Made by a program: the position numbers and the translations under genes
Notes under the pieces: model-generated
Databases searched by the model: none
The model's input: only the letters and a program-made list of their open reading frames with translations
What the model was told of the DNA's origin: nothing
Part shown: one piece after another, positions 39,951-52,624 of the stretch
How the letters are laid out: every line of letters starts with the position of its first letter
Position numbering within the stretch: the first letter of the stretch is position 1
Assembly (NCBI GenBank): GCA_951406725.2
Contig: OX597837.1
Location: 10,106,001 to 10,170,000, forward strand
From: Octopus vulgaris
Taxonomy: Eukaryota
Direction: 5' to 3'
DNA: 64,000 nucleotides

Positions 39951-41214
39951 TTTGAGAGAAAAAACGGTTTCACACCTCTGGCGACGACCTGGGTTTAAAA
40001 GATGATTACTTCAGTTCAGAATGGAATGGTACAATGAAAAGAATCCCACCGGTGGTTTTATTTAATTTTCGGTTTCTTTTACATTCTTCCAATACTTCTT
40101 GTTTGTTTTTCTTCGTTTATATAAATATTTGTTTGTATGTATGTATATATATTCGTATATGTATACATATATGTATATATACATATATTGTATGATTCTA
40201 CTAGCGATATCTTTCTTTGTTCGTCATAGTTCTGTACAAAAAAAAATAAAGAGAAGAAACAAAAGAATTTTAAAACCGCAAAAAAGATAATCCTGAATAA
40301 AGAGTCTATATTCATAGGCGCAGGAGTGTCTGTGTGGTAAGTAGCTTGCTTACCAACCACATGGTTCCGGGTTCAGTCCCACTGCAGGGCACCTTGGGCA
40401 AAGTGTCTTCTACTATAGCCTCGGGTCGACCAAAGCCTTGTGAGTGGATTTGGTAGACGGAAACTGAAAAGAAGCCCGTCGTATATATGTATATATATGT
40501 ATGTGTATATGTTTGTGTGTCTGTGTTTGTCCCCCCAACATCGCTTGACAACCGATGCTGGTGTGTTTACGTGCCCGTAACTTAGCGGTTCGGAAAACGA
40601 GATCGATAGAATAAGTACTAGGCTTACAAAGAATAAGTCCTGGGGTCGATTTGCTCGACTAAAAGGTGGTGCTCCAGCATGGCCACAGTCAAATGACTGA
40701 AACAAGTAAAAGAGTATATATATAGGCACAGGTGTGGCCGTGTGGTAAGAAGCTCGCTTCACATGGTTCCGGGCTCCGTGGCAGCTTGGGCGAGTATCTT
40801 TTACAATAACCTCGGACTGACCAAAGCGTTGTGATTGGTGCCCTTTTCAAGCAATACTATAATAAGCAAAAGGACTGAAATTTGGGATAGGAGCAGGGGT
40901 GGGTAGCCGATTACATCAACCTCGATCTATGAATCCCGAAAGAATGAAAGGCAAAGTCGACCTAAGTGGAATTCGAACTCTGAATGTAAAGAAACGGGGG
41001 AAAATTAAATTAAGTTAAGCATTTTGTCCGACGCACTAACGATTCTGCCAGCAAGATTTCGCCTTTTTATAATTTCTAGTTTAGGCTCAATGGGAGCAAA
41101 TTGATGGGAAAGAGTTGTTAGTTGATATCATCGACCCCGGCATTCCACTGGAAATTTATTCTGAATTGAAGGCAAAGCCGACATCCGGAATTGGAAACCA
41201 GAATGAGGGGAGTG

Positions 41215-41654
41215 GGATCTTTTCGGTTTGAATGGCAGTTTTTAAAAATAATTTCCACGTAACTAAAAATTTTTAAACATCGTATACTGGTAGAATGTGT
41301 TTATGAAACATCTTTTTCTCTTGGCTTTAGTGAGAAAATTCTATAGTTGGTAAGATATTTGTTGTTTTTTTCTTCAATTTCTGCAATTTCAACCAATCAC
41401 TGACGTCTATTGAGGTTATAAACATTCTCTTAAACGAGGGACATATTCATATGTCCCTCGTTTAAGAAACAGATTGGGTTTATTTACATTTGTGAAGAAA
41501 AAAAGATACCCTTCCCCCACCCCTAAACCTAACCAAACCTTACTAAAACCCTAAAATAGATTGAAATGCAATAGATCGATACTAGGGTTATAATTATGGG
41601 TGACAATTTCATATGACACCGCTAGAAAAACTGCCGTTCAAACCGAAAAGATCC
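41215..41654 (-). mobile_element. ~430-bp MITE with GGATCTTTTCGGTTTGAACGGCAG TIRs and 8-bp TSD (Merlin-like)
   Basis: TSD ggggagtg on both sides; internal (CCCTAA)-like repeats. Confidence 0.85.
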
Positions 41655-41862
41655 GGGGAGTGTAATATCTGACCGGCGGACATTCGGTATTGGGTGACTG
41701 GAAGCAACCGCCCAGTTCTGTTGAAGTTTTTTTGGGGGTTTTTTTGTCAAGAAATTCAATAAATTTTACATTTTTCTGACCATCACCACCACGACACATT
41801 CACAAATTTTGTTCCCTTTTCCGAAACACTTTCACCATAATTCCCGTCTCAAAAAACGGGTG

Positions 41863-42293
41863 GAATCTTTTCGGTTTGAACGGCAGTTTTTTTTTCTAGT
41901 GGTGTCATATGAAATTGTCACCCATAATTATGACCCTAGTATCGATCTATTGCATTGCAATCTGTTTTAGGGTTAGGGTTAGTTCGGGTTAGTTAGAAGA
42001 GAAGGGTATCTTTTTTCTTCACAAATGTAAATAGACCCTATCTGTTTCTTAAACAAGGGACATATTCATACGGCACAGAATGTTTTTTACCTCAATAGAC
42101 TTCATTGATTGGTTGAAATTGCAGAAATTGAAGAAAGAAAAAACAACAAATATCTTACAAACTATAGAATGTTCTCACTAAAGCCAAGAGAAAAAGATGT
42201 TTTATAAACACATTCTAGCAGTATACGAAGTTTAAAAGTGTTTAGTTACGTGGAAATTATTTTTAAAAACTGCCGGTCAAACCGAAAAGATCC
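41863..42293 (+). mobile_element. Same MITE family, inverted relative to 41215-41654
   Basis: TIRs and homologous interior; TSD degenerate. Confidence 0.85.
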
Positions 42294-42607
42294 CGGGTGT
42301 TATATTAAAAAACAATAATGGCTAGGACCCAGAGCGTTCCGAACAAAAGTCTGCGAACTAAGATGAAATAAAAATAAAGCAATCTGAGTGGTTTAGACGG
42401 AAAAAAAAACATTAAAAAAAAAGGGGATAGTAAACACAAAACCAGAAAAAAATTTTAATAGAGGGGACCAGTGCAGTAACCCCATATACCCCAGCATAAA
42501 ACCCTAACAATAATATTAGCATTAAAATAATTATTAGGAATATATCTTTCAAAAATGTCTTTTTACCAACCTATTTGCGTTGATTCAGTTTCGAAATTCT
42601 GAAAAAG

Positions 42608-42621
42608 GTTGCTATGGAAAC
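42608..42621. promoter_or_regulatory. RFX X-box candidate upstream of CFAP45-A
   Basis: GTTGCTATGGAAAC fits the X-box palindrome; candidate donor AG|GTTGGT on - at ~42570. Confidence 0.55.
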
Positions 42622-42865
42622 AATGATTATGTTATTCCGAAGACGTTAAACGTCTGCTCACACACGCGCACAAGCGCAAACACGCACGCACACATATACA
42701 TATTCACGCGCGTACACACTTACATTTATACACACACAGCAGATGTACACATATACACATACAGCGGACATAGAATTAATAAGTCCAGTTCGGTACTTTA
42801 AGAGTTGCACACATGTGCATACTCATACAGACACACATGCACACACACACACACACACACACTCG

Positions 42866-43282
42866 GGATCTTTTCGGTTTGAACGGCAGTTTTTTCTAGC
42901 GGTGTCATATGAAATTGTCACCCATAATTATGACCGTAGTATCGATCTATTGCATTGCAATCTGTTTTAGGGTTAGGGTTAGTTAGAAGGGAAGGGTATC
43001 TTTTTTCTTCACAAATGTAAATAAACCCAATCTGTTTCTTAAACGTGGGACATATTCATACGGCACAGAATGTTTTTTTTACCTCAATAGACGTCATTGA
43101 TTGGTTGAAATTGCAGAAATTGAAGAAAAAAAACAATAAATATCTTACAAACTACAGAATTTTCTCAAGAAAGCCAAGAGAAAAAGATGTTTTATAAACA
43201 CATTCTACCAGTATACGAAGTTTAAATTTTTTTAGTTACGTGGAAATAATGTTAAAAACTGCCGTTCAAACCGAAAAGATCC
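42866..43282 (+). mobile_element. Same MITE family
   Basis: TIRs; TSD cacactcg/catactcg. Confidence 0.85.
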
Positions 43283-43415
43283 CATACTCGCACACTCACA
43301 CGCACATACACACATATACACACGCTCACTCACTCACATGCACATGCACACACGCACGCATACACACATACGTGCATAAACGAACACAGATACACAAACG
43401 TTTATACTTACACAT

Positions 43416-43901
43416 CATCATCATCATTGTTCGACCGTGGTCGAGACAATGGATTTTACTATGTTACGCCAGACTTCACGGTCCAACATAGCATTACAGA
43501 GGTCCTGTTGCTGGATGCCTGTATCCCTGGAGATTACATCAGGGTAGGAGAGCGTGCGCCCTCTGGTATCGCGAGCAGATGGGTTCCAGAGGAAATGAGC
43601 AGAAATTACCTCGTTTTCAGCTCTACAACAATGTCCAGCAAACTGGACTCTCCTACCCTTCACAAGAGATGACACAGGTGGTAATTTCCCATATATTTGC
43701 ATTTTAGTTGGATGGCGCCTCCACGAGAGATTTTGAGCTCTCATAAGGAGGCGAGTGTAGGTTCCATCCAACCGCCTCTCAAGCTTCTTTGATAACGTCC
43801 AGGTTTCTGAACCATATAGTAGAATTGGTTCGACTGTGGCTTTGAAGATTTTAAGTTTGAAATCTCTACTTAAATTGATGACCAGATTTTATGCATATCA
43901 T
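43416..43901 (-). mobile_element. 5'-truncated RTE-clade LINE
   Basis: FKATVEPILLYGSETWTL...FAGHC...MLDREVWR; (TGA)n tail; TSD tacttacacat. Confidence 0.88.
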
Positions 43902-44309
43902 TACTTACACATGCATACACATACAAACACACACACACGCATATACACACAGACACACATACCCATACACACACAAGAACAATGAATGCTTTCTGAGTAG
44001 TTGAGAGTGAATTTGGTAGATGGAAACTATGCGGAAGCCCATCATATATATGTGTGTGCAGGAGTCTGTATGTGTATGTGTGTGTGTGTGTGTGGAAATA
44101 TGCATGAGCGTCTGTATGTATGTATATATATATATGTATGTTTGTGTGTGTATGTGTGTGTGTGTGTGAGTGTGTGTGTATATATGTGTGTGAGTATATT
44201 TATGTGTGTGTGTGTTTATCCCCCAACTACTTGACATTCGTTTGTCCTTGTTTGTCCCCTCTGTGTTTAGCCCCTTGTGGGTTGTAAAGAAATAGGTATT
44301 TCCTTCCAC

Positions 44310-44540
44310 GATAATGCTTTCCAAACACCTGCTTCCTCGAAACTGACCATAACAGATGAGATTTTGTTCTTTAATAGTGTTCAGGTGTTGTCATGTTTCA
44401 CCTATTAGTTGTGACACCCATTCATTCATCCGATGGTTCTTGCAAGAGACTCGTAACAATCTCCTAATCACCCACATTTCAAAAGCATTCATTATGTTCT
44501 CTTCAAATTTTCTCAGACTCTATGCTTTGCAACTAATTTC
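44310..44540 (-). mobile_element. Degenerate RTE fragment
   Basis: Minus translation NAFEMWVIRRLLRVSC...MNE. Confidence 0.55.
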
Positions 44541-46099
44541 TTTATTTTTTACCAATTTCTTTATTTAGTAAGTTCTGGCGAAAGAGTCAGCAGATGTTCG
44601 CCATTACCTTCTGCTGGAGCCACGTAGAGCTTAGGTGTTTCGCTCATAAACACACACATCGCCCGGTCTGAGATTCGAACCCGCGATCCCTCGACCACGA
44701 GTCCGCTGCTCTAACCACTAGGCCAACACCTTATTGACCAAATGAGCGCTCGTACTAGGCTTGTTTTTAAATTTAGTTGGGACACAGCATATAATAAAGA
44801 GGGTTTGTATAAATTTATTACTCGTGTAGTAAGCTTCGAAATTCTTACATTCCCGCGCTTTTCTGTAATTCAAACCGCCTCATGGTCCCAGCAGACAAAA
44901 TGGAAAAGGCGTTGCTTCGGAGGATATCTTCTAATTAAATGGCCTTATATTTATAACCATAACTAGCAGTATCGCCCGGCTTTACTCGGGTTTGTAAGGG
45001 AAATAACTATATAAGCATTTTTAGAGAGTTACTTCCCTTATATAAACCGAGCAAAAAAATCATTAAAAATGCGGAAAAATGATGGTAAATTTTTTTTTAA
45101 ATCGTAGACTCATCGTAGACGCGCGCTAATACCCAGAAGGGCTCGATATGAATCACGACTATAAGATACCGGTTTTGATTAAACTGCACCGCAAAATGTG
45201 GTTAGGAATCTAAATCGGAGTAGACAGACACACACACAACTTCATTTTTATATATAAAGATTTCTTGCATTTCTCTTTACCGACCCTCTTTATCTTTGAT
45301 AATGTTTTTTTTTCTTTTTCTATTACTCGACAAACCTTTTGTTATGCTTTACTTTTGCCTTTTGTTTACTTATTCTTTCCTTTCATCTTTATTTTTCTTT
45401 TTAATTTTACTTTTATTATTCGTCCTTGAAAGCACTATATATTTGTGTCATCCTTTTTGCATCATCGCTATAATAGATCGTTTGGGAATTATCTAAAAAA
45501 ATGGATACAGACTGGAGTGGCTGTGTGGTAAGTAGCTTGTTTACCAGCCACATGGTTCCGGGTTCAGTCCCACTGCGTGGCACCTTGGGCAAGTGTCTTC
45601 TACTATAGCCTCGCGCCGACCAAAGCCTTGTGAGTGGATTTGATAGACGGAAACTGAAAGAAGCCCGTCAAATATATATATATATATATATGCGTGTGTG
45701 TTTGTGTATCTGTGTTTGTCCCCCTAGCATTGCTTGACAACCGATGCTGGTGTGTTTATGTCCCCGTCAATTAGCAGTTCGGCAAAAGAGGCCGATAGAA
45801 TAAGTACTGGGCTTACAAAGAAGAAGTCCCGGGGTCGATTTGCTCGGTTAAAGGCGGTGCACCAGCATGGCCGCAGTCAAAATGACTGAAACAAGTAAAA
45901 AAAAAATAGAAAGAGAGATGTCTCTGCGGTAAATTTGGAAAATTCTATGGAGAGGGGTTTTATTAGGGGTGGATGGGAATAGTACCAGGTTTTGCGAGGG
46001 AATGGCATGTTTGTACTGACTTCATTGGGTCTTTATAATTCATATTTCGCTTTGTGTCGTTTTTCTTTTAGTTAGCGAAAAACCTGATTTGTGGTGTTT

Positions 46100-46285
46100 A
46101 AAACATAATTCTGGTTCTGTTTCTAGTAAGACATCACCTTTCAGTTTAACTAAAACTTCCGGTAGTAGTTTCACAAAAACTTCCGGTAGTAGTTTCACAA
46201 AAACTTCCGGTAGTGTTTTAACTGACACTTCCTGTTGTAGTTTAACTAAGACTTCCAGTTTCACTAAATCTTCGGACCTTTTCTG
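46100..46285. repeat. Degenerate 24-bp tandem repeat (related block at 47550-47715)
   Basis: aaaacttccggtagtagtttcaca units; minus frame reads PEVFVKLL repeats. Confidence 0.75.
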
Positions 46286-46297
46286 TTTGAGTAACCC

Positions 46298-46628
46298 TGT
46301 GGGAATTTTAAAGTTTAGAGAATCGATGTAATTTTCCACCCTGAATCTTGTGGAAATTTTAAAGTTTAGAGAAAATTTTAAAATTTGGTGTATCGATGTA
46401 ATTTTCCACCCTGAATCTTGTGGAAATTTTAAAGTTTAGAGAAAATGTTTTGATTTGGTGTATTGATGTAATTTTCCACCCTGAATCTTGTGGAAATTTT
46501 AAAGTTTAGAGAAAATTTTTAAATTTGGTGTCTCGATGTAATTTTCCACCCTGAATCTTGTGGAAATTTTAAAGTTTAGAGAAAATTTTAAAATTTGGTG
46601 TCTCGATGTAATTTTCCACCCTGAATCT
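46298..46628. repeat. 70-bp tandem repeat, ~4.5 units
   Basis: gatgtaattttccaccctgaatct recurs at 70-bp intervals from ~46325 to ~46605. Confidence 0.93.
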
Positions 46629-46927
46629 CATGGGTTAATTCATTTTTTTCCGGAAATCTTTTTTTTAGAAAAAAAGGTACAGAGGTTTAAAGTTCGATCA
46701 TTTTTACCCAATCAGAAAACAAGATTTGGAAGCTGACATTTTGCGTGTGACTACACTTGTTGCTATTTGTAAACGAATGAAATAATGAAGGAATTCTGCT
46801 TCACGCACACCACTGGGTGCGTGATTTAAGGCCTATTTAGCTATTAATTTTAGAACATCGCACGACTACCTCATACCTTTTTAAACATTTAATAAGTGAA
46901 AAATGACCAAGTGGGTAAGCAGCTTAG

Positions 46928-47346
46928 GGATATTTTCGGTTTGAACGGCGGTTTTTTCTAGCGGTGTCATATGAAATTGTCACCCATAATTATGACCCTA
47001 GTATTCATCTATTGCATTTCGATCTATTTTAGGGTTAGGGTTAGAGTTAGGGTTAGGGGAAGGGTATCTTTTTTTCTTCACAAATGTAAATAAACCCAAT
47101 CTGTTTCTTAAACGAGGGACATATTCATACGGCACAGAATGTTGTTTACCTCAATGGACGTCAGTGATTGGTTGAAATTGCAGAAATTGAAGAAAAAAAC
47201 AACAAATATCTTACAAACTATAGGATTTTCTCATAAAGCCAAGAGAAAAAGATGTTTTATAAACACATTCTACCAGTATACGAAGTTTAAAATTTTAAAG
47301 TTACCTAGAAATTATGTTAAAACTGCCGTTCAAACCGAAAAGATCC
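46928..47346 (+). mobile_element. Same GGATC-TIR MITE family
   Basis: TIRs; TSD cagcttag/caacttgg (2 mismatches). Confidence 0.83.
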
Positions 47347-47910
47347 CAACTTGGCTTGTTACTATGAACACAAGCACCTGTATGTCTGTGGCTTTAAAAG
47401 CTGTTAACTCTTTATTCATCGATTTATAACGAAAATGAATTTCCTGTCAATGAATACCATGCAAAACTACATCATTGGAAGAAAACTAACATCACTGGGT
47501 GAAAAACTGAAGAAATTGAAAAGTGGCAACCAAACAGAATAGATCCAAACCTTCTGGTTTAAATTTAACTAAAGTTACCTGCTTCAGTTTAATTAAAACT
47601 TCCGGTCTTAGTATAACTAAAGCTTCCTGTTTCAGTTTAATTAACGCTTCTGGATTTAGTTTTCCTCAAAACTTGCTGTTTCAGTTTTAACTAAGACTTC
47701 CAGGTTTAGGTTACATAAAAACCGAAAAGAGGTGTTGTTAAGCCGCACATGTCTAAAATTATTGCCCTTTCAGTAGTATTGTGGACGTAATTCTTTTGTA
47801 GGGGACACTGGTGTTGTTTCGTTTATTGTTTTTGCTTCTTTACTTTTTTTTTTTGGCTTTTTTCCTTCTTTTTTTGCACTTCTTTGTCGTCGGTGCCGTT
47901 GTCTTAACTC

Positions 47911-47980
47911 TTACGCCTTCAGAGTCTTTTGGGCAATCTTGTTCACATGTACAAGATATTTGTCTGGTATTCCAGCATTT
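47911..47980 (-). CDS. CFAP45: CFAP45 copy B last coding exon
   Basis: tttcag acceptor; [23 protein letters not shown]; compare RATGLPEKY in human CFAP45 (recalled). Confidence 0.9.
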
Positions 47981-48022
47981 CTGAAAGAGATAAGAGAATC
48001 ATGTGTATATATACATGTATAT

Positions 48023-48093
<71 letters not shown>

Positions 48094-48287
48094 GTTAATC
48101 CAAACATGAAAACACAAACAGAAAACACAACGCGAGGACGTGGAACAAATATAGTATTATTGGACGCTCAGGAAGGAAAGGAAGAAGGAGAGTTTAACGT
48201 TTCGAGTGGAGCTTTTCGTCGGAAACATAGGAGAAGGAAGGATCCAGAGAAAAAAAAATCGCCAACGGTACACACGCGGTCACATTT

Positions 48288-48373
<86 letters not shown>

Positions 48374-49567
48374 TTAACATTATGAAAATACCTCACAACA
48401 CAACAACTTTACTATGCGATATACAAACGGAATGGATCTTTGCAGTCTTACAGAGTAAAATAAAGTTTAATTTAGTAAAATCAGAATATGGCACTAAATC
48501 CGAATACTGTGCAGAAATATCCATACATTTCACAGCCTTCTTTGTGTGTGCGTGTGCTACTGAGTGGTGGTGAGGTGTGCACATGTGCACGCAGGAAAAT
48601 AGTTTTTTGACATGAGTTACATAACCGGTTTCACAGTTTTCATGACTTTCAAAATTAGTGAAGTACGGAGAACCATGAGACTATACTGTATTTGACTGAA
48701 CTAAATTTAGGTGGGTATTTATTACATATTGTTAGTGTGTAACAGTTCTTTATATCAAAGTAAGCAGGCTGTCTGAGTTTATGCACAAACATCTATCTGA
48801 AACAACTGTCATATCGCCCTCATAAAACATATATCGCAAAATAGCTTTTAAAAGAAAATCAATAATATAGTCCTGGATATCCAATGTCTGGAGAACGTCT
48901 CTGGACAAAGATCTGTAAGCTAAGCGCTAATCTCTTTAATTTACGATTTATCGGAGGAAGGCAGTCAGTACTTATAAATAACATTTCACCGGATCTCTGA
49001 GACTGACGGGGGAGAGGGAAGGATTGAAGGCCTCGTCTCATGAACTGTCACAGTAGGGAGAGTAGAGCATCAGAATATGAATGTATACCCAGACAGGAAT
49101 TTTGATTTGAATGAATCAATGTTAAAAGCGGGGACCTAGACTACAAATACAATGGAGGTTCTTCTCGTACAAATGCATTTAAAAGAAATAATAATGAATG
49201 GACATTCGGAAATAGAAATAATAATCATTTTTACAGAGCTTAAACGAATGGACATTCGGAAATAGGGACCTGATGTATTACTCTCTCTCTTTACTCTTTT
49301 ACTTGTTTCAGTCATTTGACTGTGGCCATGCTGGAGCACCGCCTTTAGTCGAGCAAATCGACCCCAGGACTTATTCTTTGTAAGCCTAGTACTTATTCTA
49401 TCGGTCTCTTTTGCCGAACCGCTAAGTTACGGAGACATAAACACACCAGCATCGGTTGTCAAGCGATGTTGGGAGGGGGGACAAATACAGACACACAAAC
49501 ATATACACACATATACATACATATATATATATACATATATACGACGGGCTTCTTTCAGTCACCATCT

Positions 49568-49777
49568 GGTGATGATGATGACAATTGTGATGACGATGGT
49601 GATGATGATGATGATGACGATGGTGATGACGATGATGATGATGGTGACTATGGTGATGACGATGACGATGGTGACGATGATGATGACGATGATGATGGTG
49701 ATGATGACGATGGTGATGATGACGATGGTGATGATGACGATGATGATGACGATGATGATGATGATGACGATGATGAT
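49568..49777. repeat. (GAT/GAC/GGT)n trinucleotide repeat
   Basis: Directly visible; intronic. Confidence 0.95.
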
Positions 49778-49857
49778 TCTAACTGACAAATAGAATGCAA
49801 TGGAAGAAATATTTTAAAAAAAAAAGAACCTGGCATCCTGGTTCAAATGAAACAAAC

Positions 49858-50082
49858 CTCATTTCTTGTATTTTCTTCTCTTTAATCGCGTTCAGCTTCT
49901 GTCTGTAGATGTAATCTTCTTCTTGGAATCGCTTACCCTCGGCGAAGAACTCCTGCCTCTGCTTGATTCTCAGCTGTTCGTTCTCCTGTATCTGGCTGCG
50001 GAGTTCTTTGGAATACTTCAGAGAACGCTGCTTAATCTCTTCGTCCTCACGTTTCTGTTTATCCAAAGAGTCTTTCTGGGCG
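49858..50082 (-). CDS. CFAP45: CFAP45 copy B exon
   Basis: AQKDSLDKQKRE...ELRSQIQENEQ...FFAEGKRFQEE...IKEKKIQEMR. Confidence 0.94.
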
Positions 50083-50185
50083 CTAAACCGAAGAAGAAAT
50101 GAAGAACGGTTACGGAATGGTTTGGGCTTTTTTTTTTTTTACAGGTAGGGTGTGTAATTTTTTTTTTTTTTTCACATTTTCTCAC

Positions 50186-50493
50186 CTGACTATCTTCTCA
50201 AATTCACATCGATCCATTTGCACCTGAGCAGCTATACGTACTTCCTTTTCATTCTGCTGCAGCTTACGGGCTTCGATTAACTCTGCCTCCTTAACGGCTT
50301 TCTTTTGTGCCACCAAAGCTTCTTTCCTGCGCCACTCTCGCTCCGCTTCCTCGGCGGCCCTCTTAGCTCGTATGGCGTTTCTTTCGGCTCTTTCGTCTAG
50401 GGCCCTCTCCTGTTGGGCCCGGATTCTTCCTACTTCCTGCTCTTTCATTATACGCAGCTTCTCCAGTTCTATTTCTTGCTGGGCCTCACGTTC
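50186..50493 (-). CDS. CFAP45: CFAP45 copy B exon
   Basis: EREAQQE...RAKRAAEEAEREWRRKE...QVQMDRCEFEKIV. Confidence 0.95.
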
Positions 50494-50656
50494 CTAACAA
50501 TACAGTTGTTTGGAATTGAAAAAATCATTAAGGAACAAAGTAGAAACATTGAAATTACACAAACACTCACACACACACGTGTATATGCGTCTGTGTGTAT
50601 GGATATATATGTGTGTGTGTGTATATACATATATATTTGCGTGTATACATATACTG

Positions 50657-50695
<39 letters not shown>

Positions 50696-51119
50696 ATCCA
50701 AACAAGAAAACACAAAAACAACACAACAACGCGAGGACGTGGAACAAATATAGTATTATTGGACGGTCAGGAAAGAAGGGAGGAAGGGAAGAAGGAGGGT
50801 TTAACGTTTCGAGCGGAGCTCTTCGTCGGAAACATAGAAGGAAAGATCCCGAGAAGGGAAGACAGAGGGAAAAAAATCGCCAACGGTACACACGCGGTCA
50901 CATTTATAAATATAGTGAGAGTTTACGAAAAAAACAAAAGACGAAGACAGGTGGTGTACAAAACAAACAGATGTATTAGTATAACGCTCGGGAATAGAAA
51001 AGGTCTTTTACGTTTCGAGCCTACGCTCTTCAACAGAAAGGGACACAGAAAAAACAAGGAGAGAAAAAAATGTGTGTAGTGGCTAACGATCTATCATGGC
51101 GATATATATATATATATGA

Positions 51120-51940
51120 AGTGAAGGCGTGTGGCTTAGTGGTTAGGGCATTCGGCTCACGATTGTAAGGTCGTGAGTTCGATTCCCGGCGACGCGTTGT
51201 GTCCTTGAGCAAGACACTTTATTTCATGTTGTTCCAGTCCACTCAGCTGGCAAAAATGAGTTGTACCTTTCATACTTTCAGGGTCGATTAAATAAGTACC
51301 AGTTACGCACTGGGGTCGATGTAATCGACTTAATCCGTGTGTCTCTCCTTGTTTGTCTCCTCTATGTTTAGCCCCTTATGGGTAGTAAAAAAATAGAAAT
51401 AGGCATTTCGTCTGAGTTCAAATTCAGTCGAGGTCGACTTTGTCTTTCATCCTTTCGGGGTCGATTAAATAAGTACCAGTTACGCAGTGGGATCGATGTT
51501 ATCGGCTTAATCCGTGTGTCTGTCCTTGTTTGTCCCCTCTGTGTTTAGCCCCTTGTGGGTAGTAAAGAAATAGGCATTTCGTCTGAGTTCAAATTCAACC
51601 GAATTCGACTTTGCCTTTCACCCTTTCGGGGTCGATTAATTAAGTACCAGTTATGCACTAGGGTCGATGTAATCGACTTAATCCGTGTGTCTACTCTTGT
51701 TTGTCCCCTCTGTGTTTAGCCCCTTGTGGGTAATAAAGAAATAGGTATTTCGTCTGTCTTTACGTTCTGAGCTCAAAATCCGAAGAGGTCAACTTTACCT
51801 TTCATCCTTTCGGGGTCGATAAATTAAGTACCAGTTACGCACTGGGGTCGATGTAAATCAACTTAATACCTATGTCTGTCCTTGTTTGTCCCCTTCTTTG
51901 TTTAGCCCCTTGTGGGTAGTAAAGAAATAGAAATAGGTAT
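51120..51940 (+). mobile_element. SINE head followed by four tandem ~175-bp SINE-body units
   Basis: gggtcgat(t)aa(a/t)taagtaccagtta...ggtcgatgtaatc recurs at ~51280, 51457, 51628, 51812. Confidence 0.75.
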
Positions 51941-51971
51941 CAAAACAATACAAACAAAACCAAACACTTAC

Positions 51972-52079
51972 AGCTTTCTCCTTGCAGAATTCCAGGACAT
52001 TCTTTTCTTCCAATTTCTCTTGCTGCAGCTTCAGTATCTTCATCTTCGACATTTTCTGACAGGCTTCCAATAGTTCCTC
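51972..52079 (-). CDS. CFAP45: CFAP45 copy B exon
   Basis: 108 bp; EELLEACQKMSKMKILKLQQEKLEEKNVLEFCKEKA; cag/gtaagt. Confidence 0.9.
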
Positions 52080-52260
52080 CTGGTCAAATATGGGGATCAC
52101 AATATAAGGGGTTAACCCACAGTGGAAGGATCGATTTGTAATGGATAGCATTTTTGGTTTTTAAGATTAAAGTTTAGCAATGAAGTTTGTGCTCTAGAAA
52201 CAGATTTAACCACCTCTGTACTATCGTTACTCAAATACAGAATAATCTTTGCTAGCTACT

Positions 52261-52593
52261 GGATGGAAGCACTCCGTCGGTTACGACGATGAGTGTTCCG
52301 GTTGATCCGAATCAACGGAACAGCCTGCTCGTGAAATTAACGCGTTAAGTGGCTGAGCACTCCACAGACACGTGCACCCTTAACGTAGTTCTCGGGGATA
52401 TTCAGCGTGATACAGAGAGTGACAAGGCCGGCCCCTTGAAATACAGGTACAATAGAAACAGGAAGTAAGAGTGAGAGAAAGTTGTGGTGAAAGAATACAG
52501 CAGGGATCACCACCATCCCCTGCCGTAGCCTCGTGGAGCTTTTAGGTGTTTTCGCTCAATAAACACTCACAACGCCCGGTCTGGGTATCGAAA
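52261..52593 (-). mobile_element. 5'-truncated tRNA-SINE with TSD gctagctact; full copy at 53190-53575
   Basis: Two near-identical copies; tRNA-like head aggcgcaatggcccagtggttaggg on -; each has its own TSD. Confidence 0.85.
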
Positions 52594-52624
52594 GCTAGCT
52601 ACTACTATCGTACTGAACAGATTA

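Noticed and set aside
47028-47060. TTAGGG runs suggesting a telomere or fusion site
   Set aside because: Only a few units, always at the same internal position of the MITE.
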